DNA of 64,000 nt from an uncultured Planctomycetota bacterium (GTDB taxonomy: Bacteria; Planctomycetota; PLA2; JAEUHO01): contig CAVVXN010000001.1 of NCBI GenBank assembly GCA_963752285.1, forward strand, positions 672,001 to 736,000, read 5' to 3'. Shown here one piece after another: positions 54,028 to 62,541 of the stretch; position 1 is the first letter of the stretch; each line of letters opens with the position of its first letter. A program made the position numbers and the translations under genes. The notes below the pieces were generated by a model, which had not been told where the DNA came from, did not search any database, and saw only the letters and a program-made list of their open reading frames with translations.

Positions 54028-55224
54028 ATGACGACCGAGCCTCGGCGCCCGAAGCAGGGCTTCTCCACGCGCGCGATCCACGGCGGGCAGGCGCCCGATC
54101 CCACGACCGGCGCGGTCATGCCGCCCGTGTACCTCACGTCCACGTACGCGCAGTCGGCGCCGGGCGTCCACAAGGGCTACGAGTACTCGCGCACCGCGAA
54201 CCCGACGCGGAACGCTCTCCAGGCGAACCTGGCGGAGCTCGAGGGCGGGACCGACGCCGTCGCGTTCTCGTCGGGCCTCGCCGCCACGCACGCGGTCCTC
54301 AGCATGCTCGGCACGGGCGACCGGATCGTGCTCGGCCACGACGTGTACGGCGGGACGTACCGGCTCGTGGACAAGGTGATGAAGCGCTGGGGACTTCGCT
54401 ATCGCGTGGTGGACACGACCGATCTCGGCGCGCTCGAGAAGGCGCTCGCCGAGGAGCCCACGCGGCTCGTGTGGTTCGAGTCGCCGACGAATCCGCTCCT
54501 CCAGATCACCGACGTCGCCGCGGCGTCGAAGATCGCGCACGCCGCCGGCGCCCTCGCCGTCGTGGACAACACCTTCGCGACGCCGTATCTCCAGTCGCCG
54601 CTCGCGCTCGGCGCGGACGTCGTCGTGCACAGCACCACGAAGTACCTCTCGGGTCACAGCGACGTGGTCGGGGGCGCGGTCGTCACGAGGGACACCGCGA
54701 TCGCGGGCGAGCTGCGTTTCCTCCAGAACGCGATCGGCGCGGTCCCGGGCCCGCTCGACTGCTTCCTGGTCCTCCGCGGCACGAAGACCCTCGCGCAGCG
54801 GATGGAGGTCCACTCCGACAACGCCGAGGAGGTCGCGGCGTGGCTCTCGTCGGACGACCGCGTTCGGCGCGTCTTCTACCCGGGCCTCTCCGACCATCCC
54901 GGGCACGCGATCGCCTCCCGCCAGATGCGCCGCTTCGGCGGGATGGTCTCCTTCGAGCTCGACGCCGATCTCGAGGCCGCGCGGCTCTTCGCCTCCTCGA
55001 CCCGCCTCTTCACCCTGGCCGAGAGCCTGGGCGGCGTCGAGAGCCTGATCGACCACCCGGCGTCCATGACGCACGCCTCGGTCCCCCCCGAAGACCGCCG
55101 GAAGGCCGGCTTCGCGGACGGCCTCCTCCGACTCTCCGTCGGCCTCGAGGACACGGACGACCTCATCCAGGACCTGGAACAGGCCCTGACCCGAGCGACG
55201 GCCGACGACGCGGTCCGCGACTGA
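54028..55224 (+). CDS. metB: Cystathionine gamma-synthase/lyase (Cys/Met metabolism PLP enzyme)
   Basis: TRAIHGGQ, YSRTANPTR, YGGTYR, ESPTNP, DNTFATP, HSTTKYLSGHSD, AESLGGVESL. Confidence 0.9.
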   Translation: MTTEPRRPKQGFSTRAIHGGQAPDPTTGAVMPPVYLTSTYAQSAPGVHKGYEYSRTANPTRNALQANLAELEGGTDAVAFSSGLAATHAVLSMLGTGDRIVLGHDVYGGTYRLVDKVMKRWGLRYRVVDTTDLGALEKALAEEPTRLVWFESPTNPLLQITDVAAASKIAHAAGALAVVDNTFATPYLQSPLALGADVVVHSTTKYLSGHSDVVGGAVVTRDTAIAGELRFLQNAIGAVPGPLDCFLVLRGTKTLAQRMEVHSDNAEEVAAWLSSDDRVRRVFYPGLSDHPGHAIASRQMRRFGGMVSFELDADLEAARLFASSTRLFTLAESLGGVESLIDHPASMTHASVPPEDRRKAGFADGLLRLSVGLEDTDDLIQDLEQALTRATADDAVRD

Positions 55225-55412
55225 CCCCGCCGCCACGCCCCGCGTGCCGGCGGGGCCGCGAGCGGGACCGGGCCCCGCCGAAGGGCTCGCGATCGGCGCG
55301 CCGAGGGCCTCCGGGCGTGGGGACGGCGCCGCCGCGGGCGCCGGCACGCGAGGAGGAACTTGGCGGCCACCCGGAGCCGCGGCTACCCTTCGTGGCCCCC
55401 GGGAGAGCCGTC

Positions 55413-55514
55413 ATGGCCGTCAACCGCCGACTCCTCAAGAAGGCCAACCACGGCAAGCGTCCGTGCTCCGGCCACTATTCCCGCGCCAAGAAGCGGATCA
55501 CGACCCCCCGCTGA
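55413..55514 (+). CDS. Small basic protein, ribosomal protein bL37-like (33 aa)
   Basis: MAVNRRLLKKANHGKRPCSGHYSRAKKRITTPR contains KANHGKRP as in mycobacterial bL37; GGAGAG RBS. Confidence 0.75.
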   Translation: MAVNRRLLKKANHGKRPCSGHYSRAKKRITTPR

Positions 55515-55610
55515 CCCGTCCTGCGCCCGGAGGACCCGGCGCTCGGCCGTTCCCCTCCGCGAGAGGCCCGCCCCGGCGGGGCCCGGGGCGCGCGCCCCCG
55601 GCCGCGGGCC

Positions 55611-56606
55611 TCAGCGACGCCGGCCGGCGTCCACGCGGAGCACCTCGAGCGCGTGGCGCATGTCGCCGGGGAGGGGGGCGTCCACGGCGATCGTCTCGCC
55701 CGTCCGCGGATGGGGGAGCACCAGCCGGGCGGCGTGGAGCGGCGTGCGCCTGAGCCGCGCGTCGAGGATGCCCCGCGGGTCCACGAGCCGCCAACCCCGG
55801 CGGTTCCCGTAGCGGGGGTCCACGAGGAGGGGATGGCCGATCGCGCGGAGGTGCGCCCGGATCTGGTGCGTGCGACCGGTCCCGAGCTCGAGACGGAGCC
55901 GGCTCGCCTCCGCGAACGCCTCCAGGAGCGCGTAGCGGGTCAGGGCCGGCCGTCCGTGGGCACGGTCCACGACGACGCGACCGCGGCCGTCGGGGGGGGC
56001 GAGGGGCAGGTCGATCTCCCCCGACGCCGGATCGGCGACGCCTTCGACGATGGCCTCGTAGACCTTCTCGACCCCGCCCTGTGGATCGCCCAGGCGCTTC
56101 GCCGTCTCGGCGCGGAGCACCTCGCCGCGGACGAGGGCGATCGCGCCGCTGGTGTCGCGGTCGAGCCGGTGGACCAGGCCGAAGCCCTCGAGCACGTCCG
56201 CCTTCAGGCGGTCGATCAGCGTCTCGACCGCGCCCAGGTCCGCGCCGCCGTGGACGGGCATCCCCGCCGGCTTCGAGACCACGAGCAGGTCCGGATCGCG
56301 GTGGAGGACGACGACCTGCCGCGGCGCCCGCGCCTCCTCGCGTGCCCGGACGACCTCGCGCCGGCGGCGCTCGACCCCCGCCAGGGCCTCGCCGAGACCG
56401 GGGATCTCGAGGGTGTCCCCCGCGCGGAGCAGCGTTCCCGGCCGCGCGGGCCGCCCGTTCACCCGGACCTCGCCCGCCCGGGCGACCTGGGCCAGGCGCC
56501 TCCTTGACCAGCGGGGGAACGCGTTCGCGAGGAACCGGTCGAGGCGCATGCCGTCGGCCGGGCCGGGGACGCGGGCGCTTCGGCGGGGGGGGGCGCTCTC
56601 GGACAT
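55611..56606 (-). CDS. RluA/RluD family pseudouridine synthase with S4 domain
   Basis: RLDRFLA..VRVNG (S4), KPAGMPVH, VHRLDRDTSG, TGRTHQIRAH, LHAARL..PHP. Confidence 0.95.
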   Translation of the reverse strand: MSESAPPRRSARVPGPADGMRLDRFLANAFPRWSRRRLAQVARAGEVRVNGRPARPGTLLRAGDTLEIPGLGEALAGVERRRREVVRAREEARAPRQVVVLHRDPDLLVVSKPAGMPVHGGADLGAVETLIDRLKADVLEGFGLVHRLDRDTSGAIALVRGEVLRAETAKRLGDPQGGVEKVYEAIVEGVADPASGEIDLPLAPPDGRGRVVVDRAHGRPALTRYALLEAFAEASRLRLELGTGRTHQIRAHLRAIGHPLLVDPRYGNRRGWRLVDPRGILDARLRRTPLHAARLVLPHPRTGETIAVDAPLPGDMRHALEVLRVDAGRRR

Positions 56607-56620
56607 GGCGGGGGCGGACG

Positions 56621-56697
56621 TGGTGGGCGAAGAGGGACTCGAACCCCCGGCCTCCTCGGTGTAAGCGAGGCGCTCTAGCCGACTGAGCTATTCGCCC
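56621..56697 (-). tRNA. tRNA-Val (TAC)
   Basis: Reverse complement GGGCGAATAGCTCAGTCGGCTAGAGCGCCTCGCTTACACCGAGGAGGCCGGGGGTTCGAGTCCCTCTTCGCCCACCA; cloverleaf with encoded CCA. Confidence 0.97.
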
Positions 56698-56758
56698 TCC
56701 CGCGCGGTCGGGGGGCGATTATGCCCGAGGGTTCCGCTCCGGACCGCCCCGCAGGCCG

Positions 56759-56792
56759 AAAAAAGAGGGCCCCTCGACGAATCGAGGGGCCC
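56759..56792 (-). terminator. Intrinsic terminator downstream of tRNA-fMet
   Basis: GGGCCCCTCGA-TTCG-TCGAGGGGCCC followed by TCTTTTTT on the - strand. Confidence 0.85.
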
Positions 56793-56796
56793 GAGC

Positions 56797-56871
56797 TGGT
56801 AGCGGGGGCGGGAGTCGAACCCGCGACCTCCAGGTTATGAGCCTGACGAGATACCACTTCTCCACCCCGCG
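56797..56871 (-). tRNA. Initiator tRNA-fMet (CAT)
   Basis: Reverse complement CGCGGGGTGGAGAAGTGGTATCTCGTCAGGCTCATAACCTGGAGGTCGCGGGTTCGACTCCCGCCCCCGCTACCA; C1:A72 mismatch typical of initiators. Confidence 0.95.
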
Positions 56872-57083
56872 TCGGGGCAAGGCGTGATGGTAGCCGCCGC
56901 CGGAACCCCCCGGAAGGGAAGTCGAGGGTGGGGCGGGCTCCCCGGGGCGATGAACCCGGGCTTCGCCCTCGGACCCTCGGGCGCTCGGAACATGGTCCCG
57001 ACGCGAACCGTCAACTCAACATGGGGCCATGGTCCGTGCCCCTGATTGGAGCGGTAGAAATGATTCGACGTGTTGGAGAGTTG

Positions 57084-57692
57084 ATGACAGCCGATCGCGA
57101 CGTGGGAGGACTGCTCCGGGACCTGGTGGATGGTGACCCGGAGCACGGCCTCGTCGTTCTCATGAGCGACCGTCGCGCCATCTATTCGAACGTCGCGGCA
57201 CGTTCGTACCTGCGGGACGGGAGTCCCCGTGGAGACGAGTCCCTGTTGCCCGAGAGCATCGATCGGATGCTCGATGGCTTCATCGGGCGGTCCCACGGGC
57301 AGCGCGGCCCGTCCCTGATGGAGTTCTACTACCCGAGCGACGCCGAGCGGAAGCTCAAGATCACGCTCGAGGCCCTTCACCGCGACGAGGGACTCTTCGT
57401 CGTCCTGCGCGCGATCAGCGCGACCCCCTGGGCGGAGCCGACCGTCCGTCGCCTGCAGTCGCGGTTCGGTCTGACCGTCCGCGAGGCCCAGGTCGCGGCG
57501 GGCGTCGCCAAGGGGCACACGAACGCCGAGGTCGCCGGGCAGCTCGGGATCGTCGAGAAGACGGTCAAGAACGTGCTGATGTCGGTGTTCAACAAGTGCA
57601 GCGTGAGGAACCGTGTGGAGCTCGCACTGCGCGCGTACGACGCGCCCGTCCCGCACCTGCGGGAGCGGGAGGTCGAGCAGCAGCAGGTGTGA
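57084..57692 (+). CDS. LuxR-type HTH regulator with PAS-like N-terminal region (alternative start 57060)
   Basis: FGLTVREAQVAAGVAKGHTNAEVAGQLGIVEKTVKNVLMSVFNKCSVRNRVEL; GGAGAG RBS. Confidence 0.88.
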   Translation: MTADRDVGGLLRDLVDGDPEHGLVVLMSDRRAIYSNVAARSYLRDGSPRGDESLLPESIDRMLDGFIGRSHGQRGPSLMEFYYPSDAERKLKITLEALHRDEGLFVVLRAISATPWAEPTVRRLQSRFGLTVREAQVAAGVAKGHTNAEVAGQLGIVEKTVKNVLMSVFNKCSVRNRVELALRAYDAPVPHLREREVEQQQV

Positions 57693-58079
57693 CGGGCCGG
57701 CGCCCCGCGGGCGCCGAAGGGCCGCGCCACCTCCCCCCGACGCGCCGGCCGCGAGCCGGCCCGCCGTCCCCCCGCACCGGACGCCCGGCCCCGGGGGCCG
57801 GGCGTCCGGATCCTCGTGCGAGCGCGCGGGAGCCGGTCCGGGACTCCGTGTCGCGAAGGCGCTCGCGTCCGCGTCGGACGTGGTCCCGACGAGGAAGCGG
57901 TTCCGCACGCGTCGCGCCCGCCAGGTCGAGGAGATGGACCGATAGGCGTAGCGCCCGTTACGTCGAGGAATTCGCGACTGCGAAGCCGTCGAAGATGGGG
58001 TAGAGCCGGGATGCGAGAGCGAGACGTATTCGCGGACGGGCCCTTACCCTCCGCGGCGGCGCGCGGCAAGATGAGGGTC

Positions 58080-58766
58080 ATGCGGATCGCGCCCTGCCGG
58101 CCCCTCGAGACGACGTGGGAGGACTGGCTGCTCGGCGGCGGCGCACAGGCCTCCTTCGAGAAGCCGGGGCAGCCCCTCGAGGTCGAGATCGGTCCGGGCG
58201 AGGACGCGTTCCTCCTCGAGCAGGCCCTCCGCCGCCCGGACACGAACTGGCTGGGCATCGAGTACAGCCGCAAACGCATCCAGCGTCAGGCGCGCATGGT
58301 GCTCGACCGCGCGGGCCCCCTCGGGAACCTCCGCCTCATCTGGCGGCCCGCCGGGGACCTCGTCGGGCCCTTCCTCTCTCCGCGGAAGGTCCGCGCGTAC
58401 CACGTCTACTTCCCCGACCCGTGGCCCAAGAAGCACCACCACCGCTTCCGGCTGCTCGACCCCCACTTCCTCGGGGAGCTCGAGCGGAGCCTCGAGGTCG
58501 GCGGGGACCTCCTCTTCCTGACGGACCACCTGCCGTACGCCGAGGCCGTGCTCGAGGCCGTCCTCGCCGTGCCCGGACTCGGGAACACCTTGCCGCCTCC
58601 GGGCTTCGAGACGCTCGGCGCGCGCCAGCGGTCCACGGTCTTCGAGGCGCGCTGGCGCGCGGCGGGCCACGACATCTACGGGCTCCACCTCCGCGCGGGG
58701 GCGGCCGGCGCCGACCCGGACGCCGCGGGGACCGTGGCGACGGACCTGGGGTCGGGGCGCACGTGA
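58080..58766 (+). CDS. trmB: tRNA (guanine-N7)-methyltransferase-like
   Basis: EVEIGPG, NWLGIEYS, YFPDPWPKKHHHRFRL, TDH..YA, STVFEARW. Confidence 0.88.
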   Translation: MRIAPCRPLETTWEDWLLGGGAQASFEKPGQPLEVEIGPGEDAFLLEQALRRPDTNWLGIEYSRKRIQRQARMVLDRAGPLGNLRLIWRPAGDLVGPFLSPRKVRAYHVYFPDPWPKKHHHRFRLLDPHFLGELERSLEVGGDLLFLTDHLPYAEAVLEAVLAVPGLGNTLPPPGFETLGARQRSTVFEARWRAAGHDIYGLHLRAGAAGADPDAAGTVATDLGSGRT

Positions 58767-59680
58767 CCGGCCCGCGGCGCCCGATTCCCGGTCTCGCGTT
58801 CCTCCTGTGCGCGACCGCGCTCGCCGGCTGCCGCGGAACGGACGCCGTCGTCACGCTGAACGCGGACGGCTCGGGCACGATCGAGCAGACGCTCCGTGGG
58901 GACCCCGGCGCCCCGAGCGGGCTCGGCGCCGCCCTCGCGGCGCTCGGCGGGGCCGCCCCCGTGGGCGACCTCCGGGCGGACCCTCTGGACCCCGCGTGGG
59001 ACCGCGCCGCGGTATCGCGCGTCGCGCCCCGTCGGGGCGGCGTGCCGGGCCTCGCGCTCGTCCAGGCGCGGCGCACCGACGGGGAGGGGGGCTCGACCCT
59101 CCGCCTCTCGTGGCGCTTCCGCCACCTCCACGACGCGGTCGAGGCCGGGGTGTTCGCCGCGACCGACGTGCGCCTGGAGCACGAGCGGCTGGGACCGCGT
59201 CCCGAGGACGGCGCCCGCTGGACCCTGGAGCTCTCCCTCTCCTGGCGCTGCTTCGGCGACCCGACGCGGGGCGAGATCGCGGGTCGGCCCCGCGCCGAGG
59301 TCGTCCGGGCGCTCGCGCCGGTGCTCGAGGGCCTCACCGTGTCGTGGCGGGTCGCCGTGCCGGCGCCCGTGCTCGAGACGAACGGGACGCTCGCCGCCGA
59401 CGGTCGCACGGTCACGGCCTCGGTGGACCTCGCGGCGCTCGAACGCCCCGAGGGCGCGCGCCTCCTCGTGCGCTTCGCGGACACGCCCGATCTCGAGCTC
59501 GAGCCGTTCCGCGAGCGCGCGGACCCGTGGCTCGTGCTCCGCCGCCTGCTCGCGCCCCCGCCCGGGAGTGTCCACCTGGTCGCGTCGGCCGCGGACGCCC
59601 CGGCCGACGTCGTCCCGTCCGGGGCTGCGGGCGCGCCGACCGGTCGAGAGGCAAACGGCGCGAGCCCGCCCCCGCGCTGA
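58763..59680 (+). CDS. Lipoprotein, LppM-like (paralog of 1612-2427)
   Basis: Lipobox LAGC; LNADGSG; VPAPVLETNG...GRTVT; GTG overlaps the trmB stop. Confidence 0.72.
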   Translation: MTGPRRPIPGLAFLLCATALAGCRGTDAVVTLNADGSGTIEQTLRGDPGAPSGLGAALAALGGAAPVGDLRADPLDPAWDRAAVSRVAPRRGGVPGLALVQARRTDGEGGSTLRLSWRFRHLHDAVEAGVFAATDVRLEHERLGPRPEDGARWTLELSLSWRCFGDPTRGEIAGRPRAEVVRALAPVLEGLTVSWRVAVPAPVLETNGTLAADGRTVTASVDLAALERPEGARLLVRFADTPDLELEPFRERADPWLVLRRLLAPPPGSVHLVASAADAPADVVPSGAAGAPTGREANGASPPPR

Positions 59681-59695
59681 CCGCCGCGGTCCGGG

Positions 59696-62338
59696 TCAGC
59701 CGGGGCGGCCTTCCTCGTCGGCCCTCTGCTTCAGCTCCACGAGGCGCTGGAGCGCCTCGATCGGGGTCATTCGCTCGGGTTCGAGGGCGCGGAGCGCGTC
59801 GAGGGTGGCGCTCGGGGGCGGGGGCTGGAAGAGGCCGAGCTGCACGTCGCGCGGCGCGGACGTGGGCTTCGTACCGAACACGATCCGCTCGGCCGCGCCG
59901 GCCTCGCTCGACTCGAGGTTCAAGAGGATCGCGCGCGCGCGCTCGACGACGGCGTCCGGGACGCCCGCGAGCTGGGCGACGTGGATGCCGTACGAGCGGT
60001 CGGCCGTCCCCGGCTGGATGCGCCGGAGGAACACGACGCGATCGCCCCACTCGCGCACCGCGACGTTCAGGTTCGTGACGGCGGGGAGCTCCTCGGCCAG
60101 GCGCGTGAGCTCGGCGTAGTGGGTGGCGAAGAACGTGCGCGCGCCGACCACCTCGGAGAGGTACTCGGTGATCGCCCAGGCGATCGCGATGCCGTCGAAC
60201 GTGCTCGTCCCGCGGCCCACCTCGTCGAGCACCACCAGGCTCCGCTTCGTGGCGTGTCGGAGGATGTAGGCCGCCTCGCTCATCTCGACCATGAAGGTGG
60301 ACTGGCCGCGCGCGAGGTCGTCCTCGGCGCCGACGCGCGTGAAGATCCGGTCCACGAGGCCGATCCGGGCCTTCGAGGCGGGAACGAACGACCCCATCTG
60401 GGCCAGCAGGACGAGAAGCGCGCACTGCCGGATGTACGTGCTCTTCCCGGCCATGTTCGGACCGGTGATGAGCGCGATGCGGGCGTGCTCGTCGAGGACC
60501 GCGTCGTTCGCGACGAAGCGCTCGCCGGAGTCCATGTGGTGCTCCACGACGGGATGCCGCGCGTCCCGGAGCTCCAGGGTCAGGTCGTCGGTGAGCTCGG
60601 GGCGGACGTACCCGCCGGTCTCGGCCACCTCCGCGAGCGACTGCATCACGTCGAGCTCGGCGAGGACCGACGCGGTCGCCTGGAGCGCGGGGATGCGCCC
60701 CGCCACCTGGTCGCGGAGGGCCTGGAAGAGCTGGCGCTCGCGCTCCTTCGCGCGTTCGTCCGCGCGGAGCACCTTCTCCTCCCACGTGCCCAGCTCCTCC
60801 GTGACGTAGCGCTCGGCGTTCGCGAGGGTCTGCTTGCGCTGGTACTCCGGGGGGACCTTCTCCCGGTGGACGTTCGTGATCTCGAGGTAGTAGCCGAAGA
60901 CGCGATTGAACCCGACCTTCAGGTTGGGGATGCCGGTCCGCTCCGCCTCGGACGCCTGGTACCGGGCGATCCAACCCTTCCCGTCGCGGCCGAGCGACCG
61001 GAGCTCGTCGAGCTCCGCGTCGTGGCCGGTGCGAATCATCCCGCCCTCGGTGATCGTGGGCGCGGGGTCGTCGTCGATCGCGCGCGCGAGGAGCGACGCG
61101 AGGTCCTCGAACGACTCCATGCGGTCGCGGAGGTCCCCGAGCGTCGTCGAGTACGCGCCCGCGAGGAGCGTGCGGACGGGAGGGAGCGTCTCGAGGCTCG
61201 CGCCGAGCGCGGCGAGGTCGCGCGCGTTCGCGCGGTTCGTCGCGACGCGCCCGAGGATCCGCTCCACGTCGCGCACCGCGGAGAACGCCTCGCGGAGGTC
61301 CCTCCTCAGGAACGCGTCCTTCACGAGCTCTTCGACGCCGTCGAGCCGGCGCTCGATCGCCGCCCGGTCGGCGAGCGGCGCGAGCACCCACTCCCGGAGC
61401 GTCCGGGCGCCCATCGCCGTCCGCGTCCGGTCGAGGACCTGGAGCAGCGTGCCGTCGCGCGTGCCGTCCGGGCGCTCGACGAGCTCCAGACGCCGTCGCG
61501 TCGTGGGCTCGAGGACGAGGGTGCCCGCGGGGTCGTGCCGTTCGAGGCGGGTCACGTGGTCGAGCGACGCCATCTGCGTCGCGCGGAGGTACTCGAGCGC
61601 CGCGCCCGCGGCGCCGACCGACGCCGGACGCCGGTCGAGCCCGAACGCGCGGAGGCTCGCCACGCCGAAGTGTTCCTTCAGCGCGCGTTCCGCGGACTCG
61701 GGCTCGAGGGTCCACGTGGGGACGCGCGTGACGGCGGCGGGGACGACCGCCCCGAGACGGCGCTCGAGCTCGGGGCCGTCGCCGTCCTCGGGGACGAGCA
61801 CCTCGGCGGGGCCGATCCGGACGATCTCGCTCTCGAGGTCGTCGTCCGTCGCCTCCGCCACGAAGAACCGGCCGGTCGAGAGGTCGATCCACGCGAGGCC
61901 GTGGCGCGCGCGGCCGTCGCGCCGCGCCGCGGGGCGGATCGCGAGGAGGAAGTTGCTCGCGCCGGCGTCGAGCGCCTCCTCCTCGGTCAAGGTGCCGGGG
62001 GTGAGCACGCGGACGACGTCGCGCTCGAGGATGCGCTTGCCGGGGCCCGGCTCGGTGAGCTGCTCGCAGATCGCGACCTTGCGGCCCTGCGAGAGCAGGC
62101 GGCGGAGGTACACGTTCGCGCTCTTGACCGGCACGCCGGCCATCGGGATGCGGCGCTCGCGGTCGCGGGCCGTGAGGGTGAGCCCGAGCGCCTCGGCGGC
62201 CACCTTCGCGTCGTCGTGGAACAGCTCGTAGAAGTCGCCCATGCGGAAGAAGAGGAGCGCGTCCGGATAGCGACGCTTCGCGTCCGCGAACTGCGACATG
62301 ACCGGGCTGGTCTCGACGGCCAAGGGAGGACGCTCCAT
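59696..62338 (-). CDS. mutS: DNA mismatch repair protein MutS
   Basis: FFRMGDFYELF, PMAGVP, TGPNMAGKSTYIRQ, STFMVEM, LDEVGRGTST, ATHYAEL, SYGIHVA, C-terminal QLGLF clamp-binding motif. Confidence 0.98.
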   Translation of the reverse strand: MERPPLAVETSPVMSQFADAKRRYPDALLFFRMGDFYELFHDDAKVAAEALGLTLTARDRERRIPMAGVPVKSANVYLRRLLSQGRKVAICEQLTEPGPGKRILERDVVRVLTPGTLTEEEALDAGASNFLLAIRPAARRDGRARHGLAWIDLSTGRFFVAEATDDDLESEIVRIGPAEVLVPEDGDGPELERRLGAVVPAAVTRVPTWTLEPESAERALKEHFGVASLRAFGLDRRPASVGAAGAALEYLRATQMASLDHVTRLERHDPAGTLVLEPTTRRRLELVERPDGTRDGTLLQVLDRTRTAMGARTLREWVLAPLADRAAIERRLDGVEELVKDAFLRRDLREAFSAVRDVERILGRVATNRANARDLAALGASLETLPPVRTLLAGAYSTTLGDLRDRMESFEDLASLLARAIDDDPAPTITEGGMIRTGHDAELDELRSLGRDGKGWIARYQASEAERTGIPNLKVGFNRVFGYYLEITNVHREKVPPEYQRKQTLANAERYVTEELGTWEEKVLRADERAKERERQLFQALRDQVAGRIPALQATASVLAELDVMQSLAEVAETGGYVRPELTDDLTLELRDARHPVVEHHMDSGERFVANDAVLDEHARIALITGPNMAGKSTYIRQCALLVLLAQMGSFVPASKARIGLVDRIFTRVGAEDDLARGQSTFMVEMSEAAYILRHATKRSLVVLDEVGRGTSTFDGIAIAWAITEYLSEVVGARTFFATHYAELTRLAEELPAVTNLNVAVREWGDRVVFLRRIQPGTADRSYGIHVAQLAGVPDAVVERARAILLNLESSEAGAAERIVFGTKPTSAPRDVQLGLFQPPPPSATLDALRALEPERMTPIEALQRLVELKQRADEEGRPG

Positions 62339-62477
62339 CTCCGAGGCGGGACGGTCTGCCCCGACAGGAGCGCGAACGTAGCATCCGCCGGCGACGGCGG
62401 CGGCCCCTGCCACGTCGCGCATCGCGTCGCGCGGCGCGGCCCGAGGTCCCGCGCGCGGCGCGTCGCGCGAGGAAAGA

Positions 62478-62521
62478 CCGTGGAGAACCCGTGGGAACCC
62501 CGTGGCGACCCCGTGGCGACC
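62478..62521 (+). repeat. Four direct repeats of CCGTGG with 11-bp period upstream of selA
   Basis: CCGTGGAGAAC, CCGTGGGAACC, CCGTGGCGACC, CCGTGGCGACC at 62478, 62489, 62500, 62511. Confidence 0.8.
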
Positions 62522-62541
62522 CGCACGGTATCCTCGCGCGC

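Noticed and set aside
56621..57700. tRNA-anchored genomic island or prophage
   Set aside because: No integrase, no duplicated tRNA 3' end seen, and the flanks are housekeeping genes. The lower GC near 57000-57250 fits a promoter and gene 5' region.
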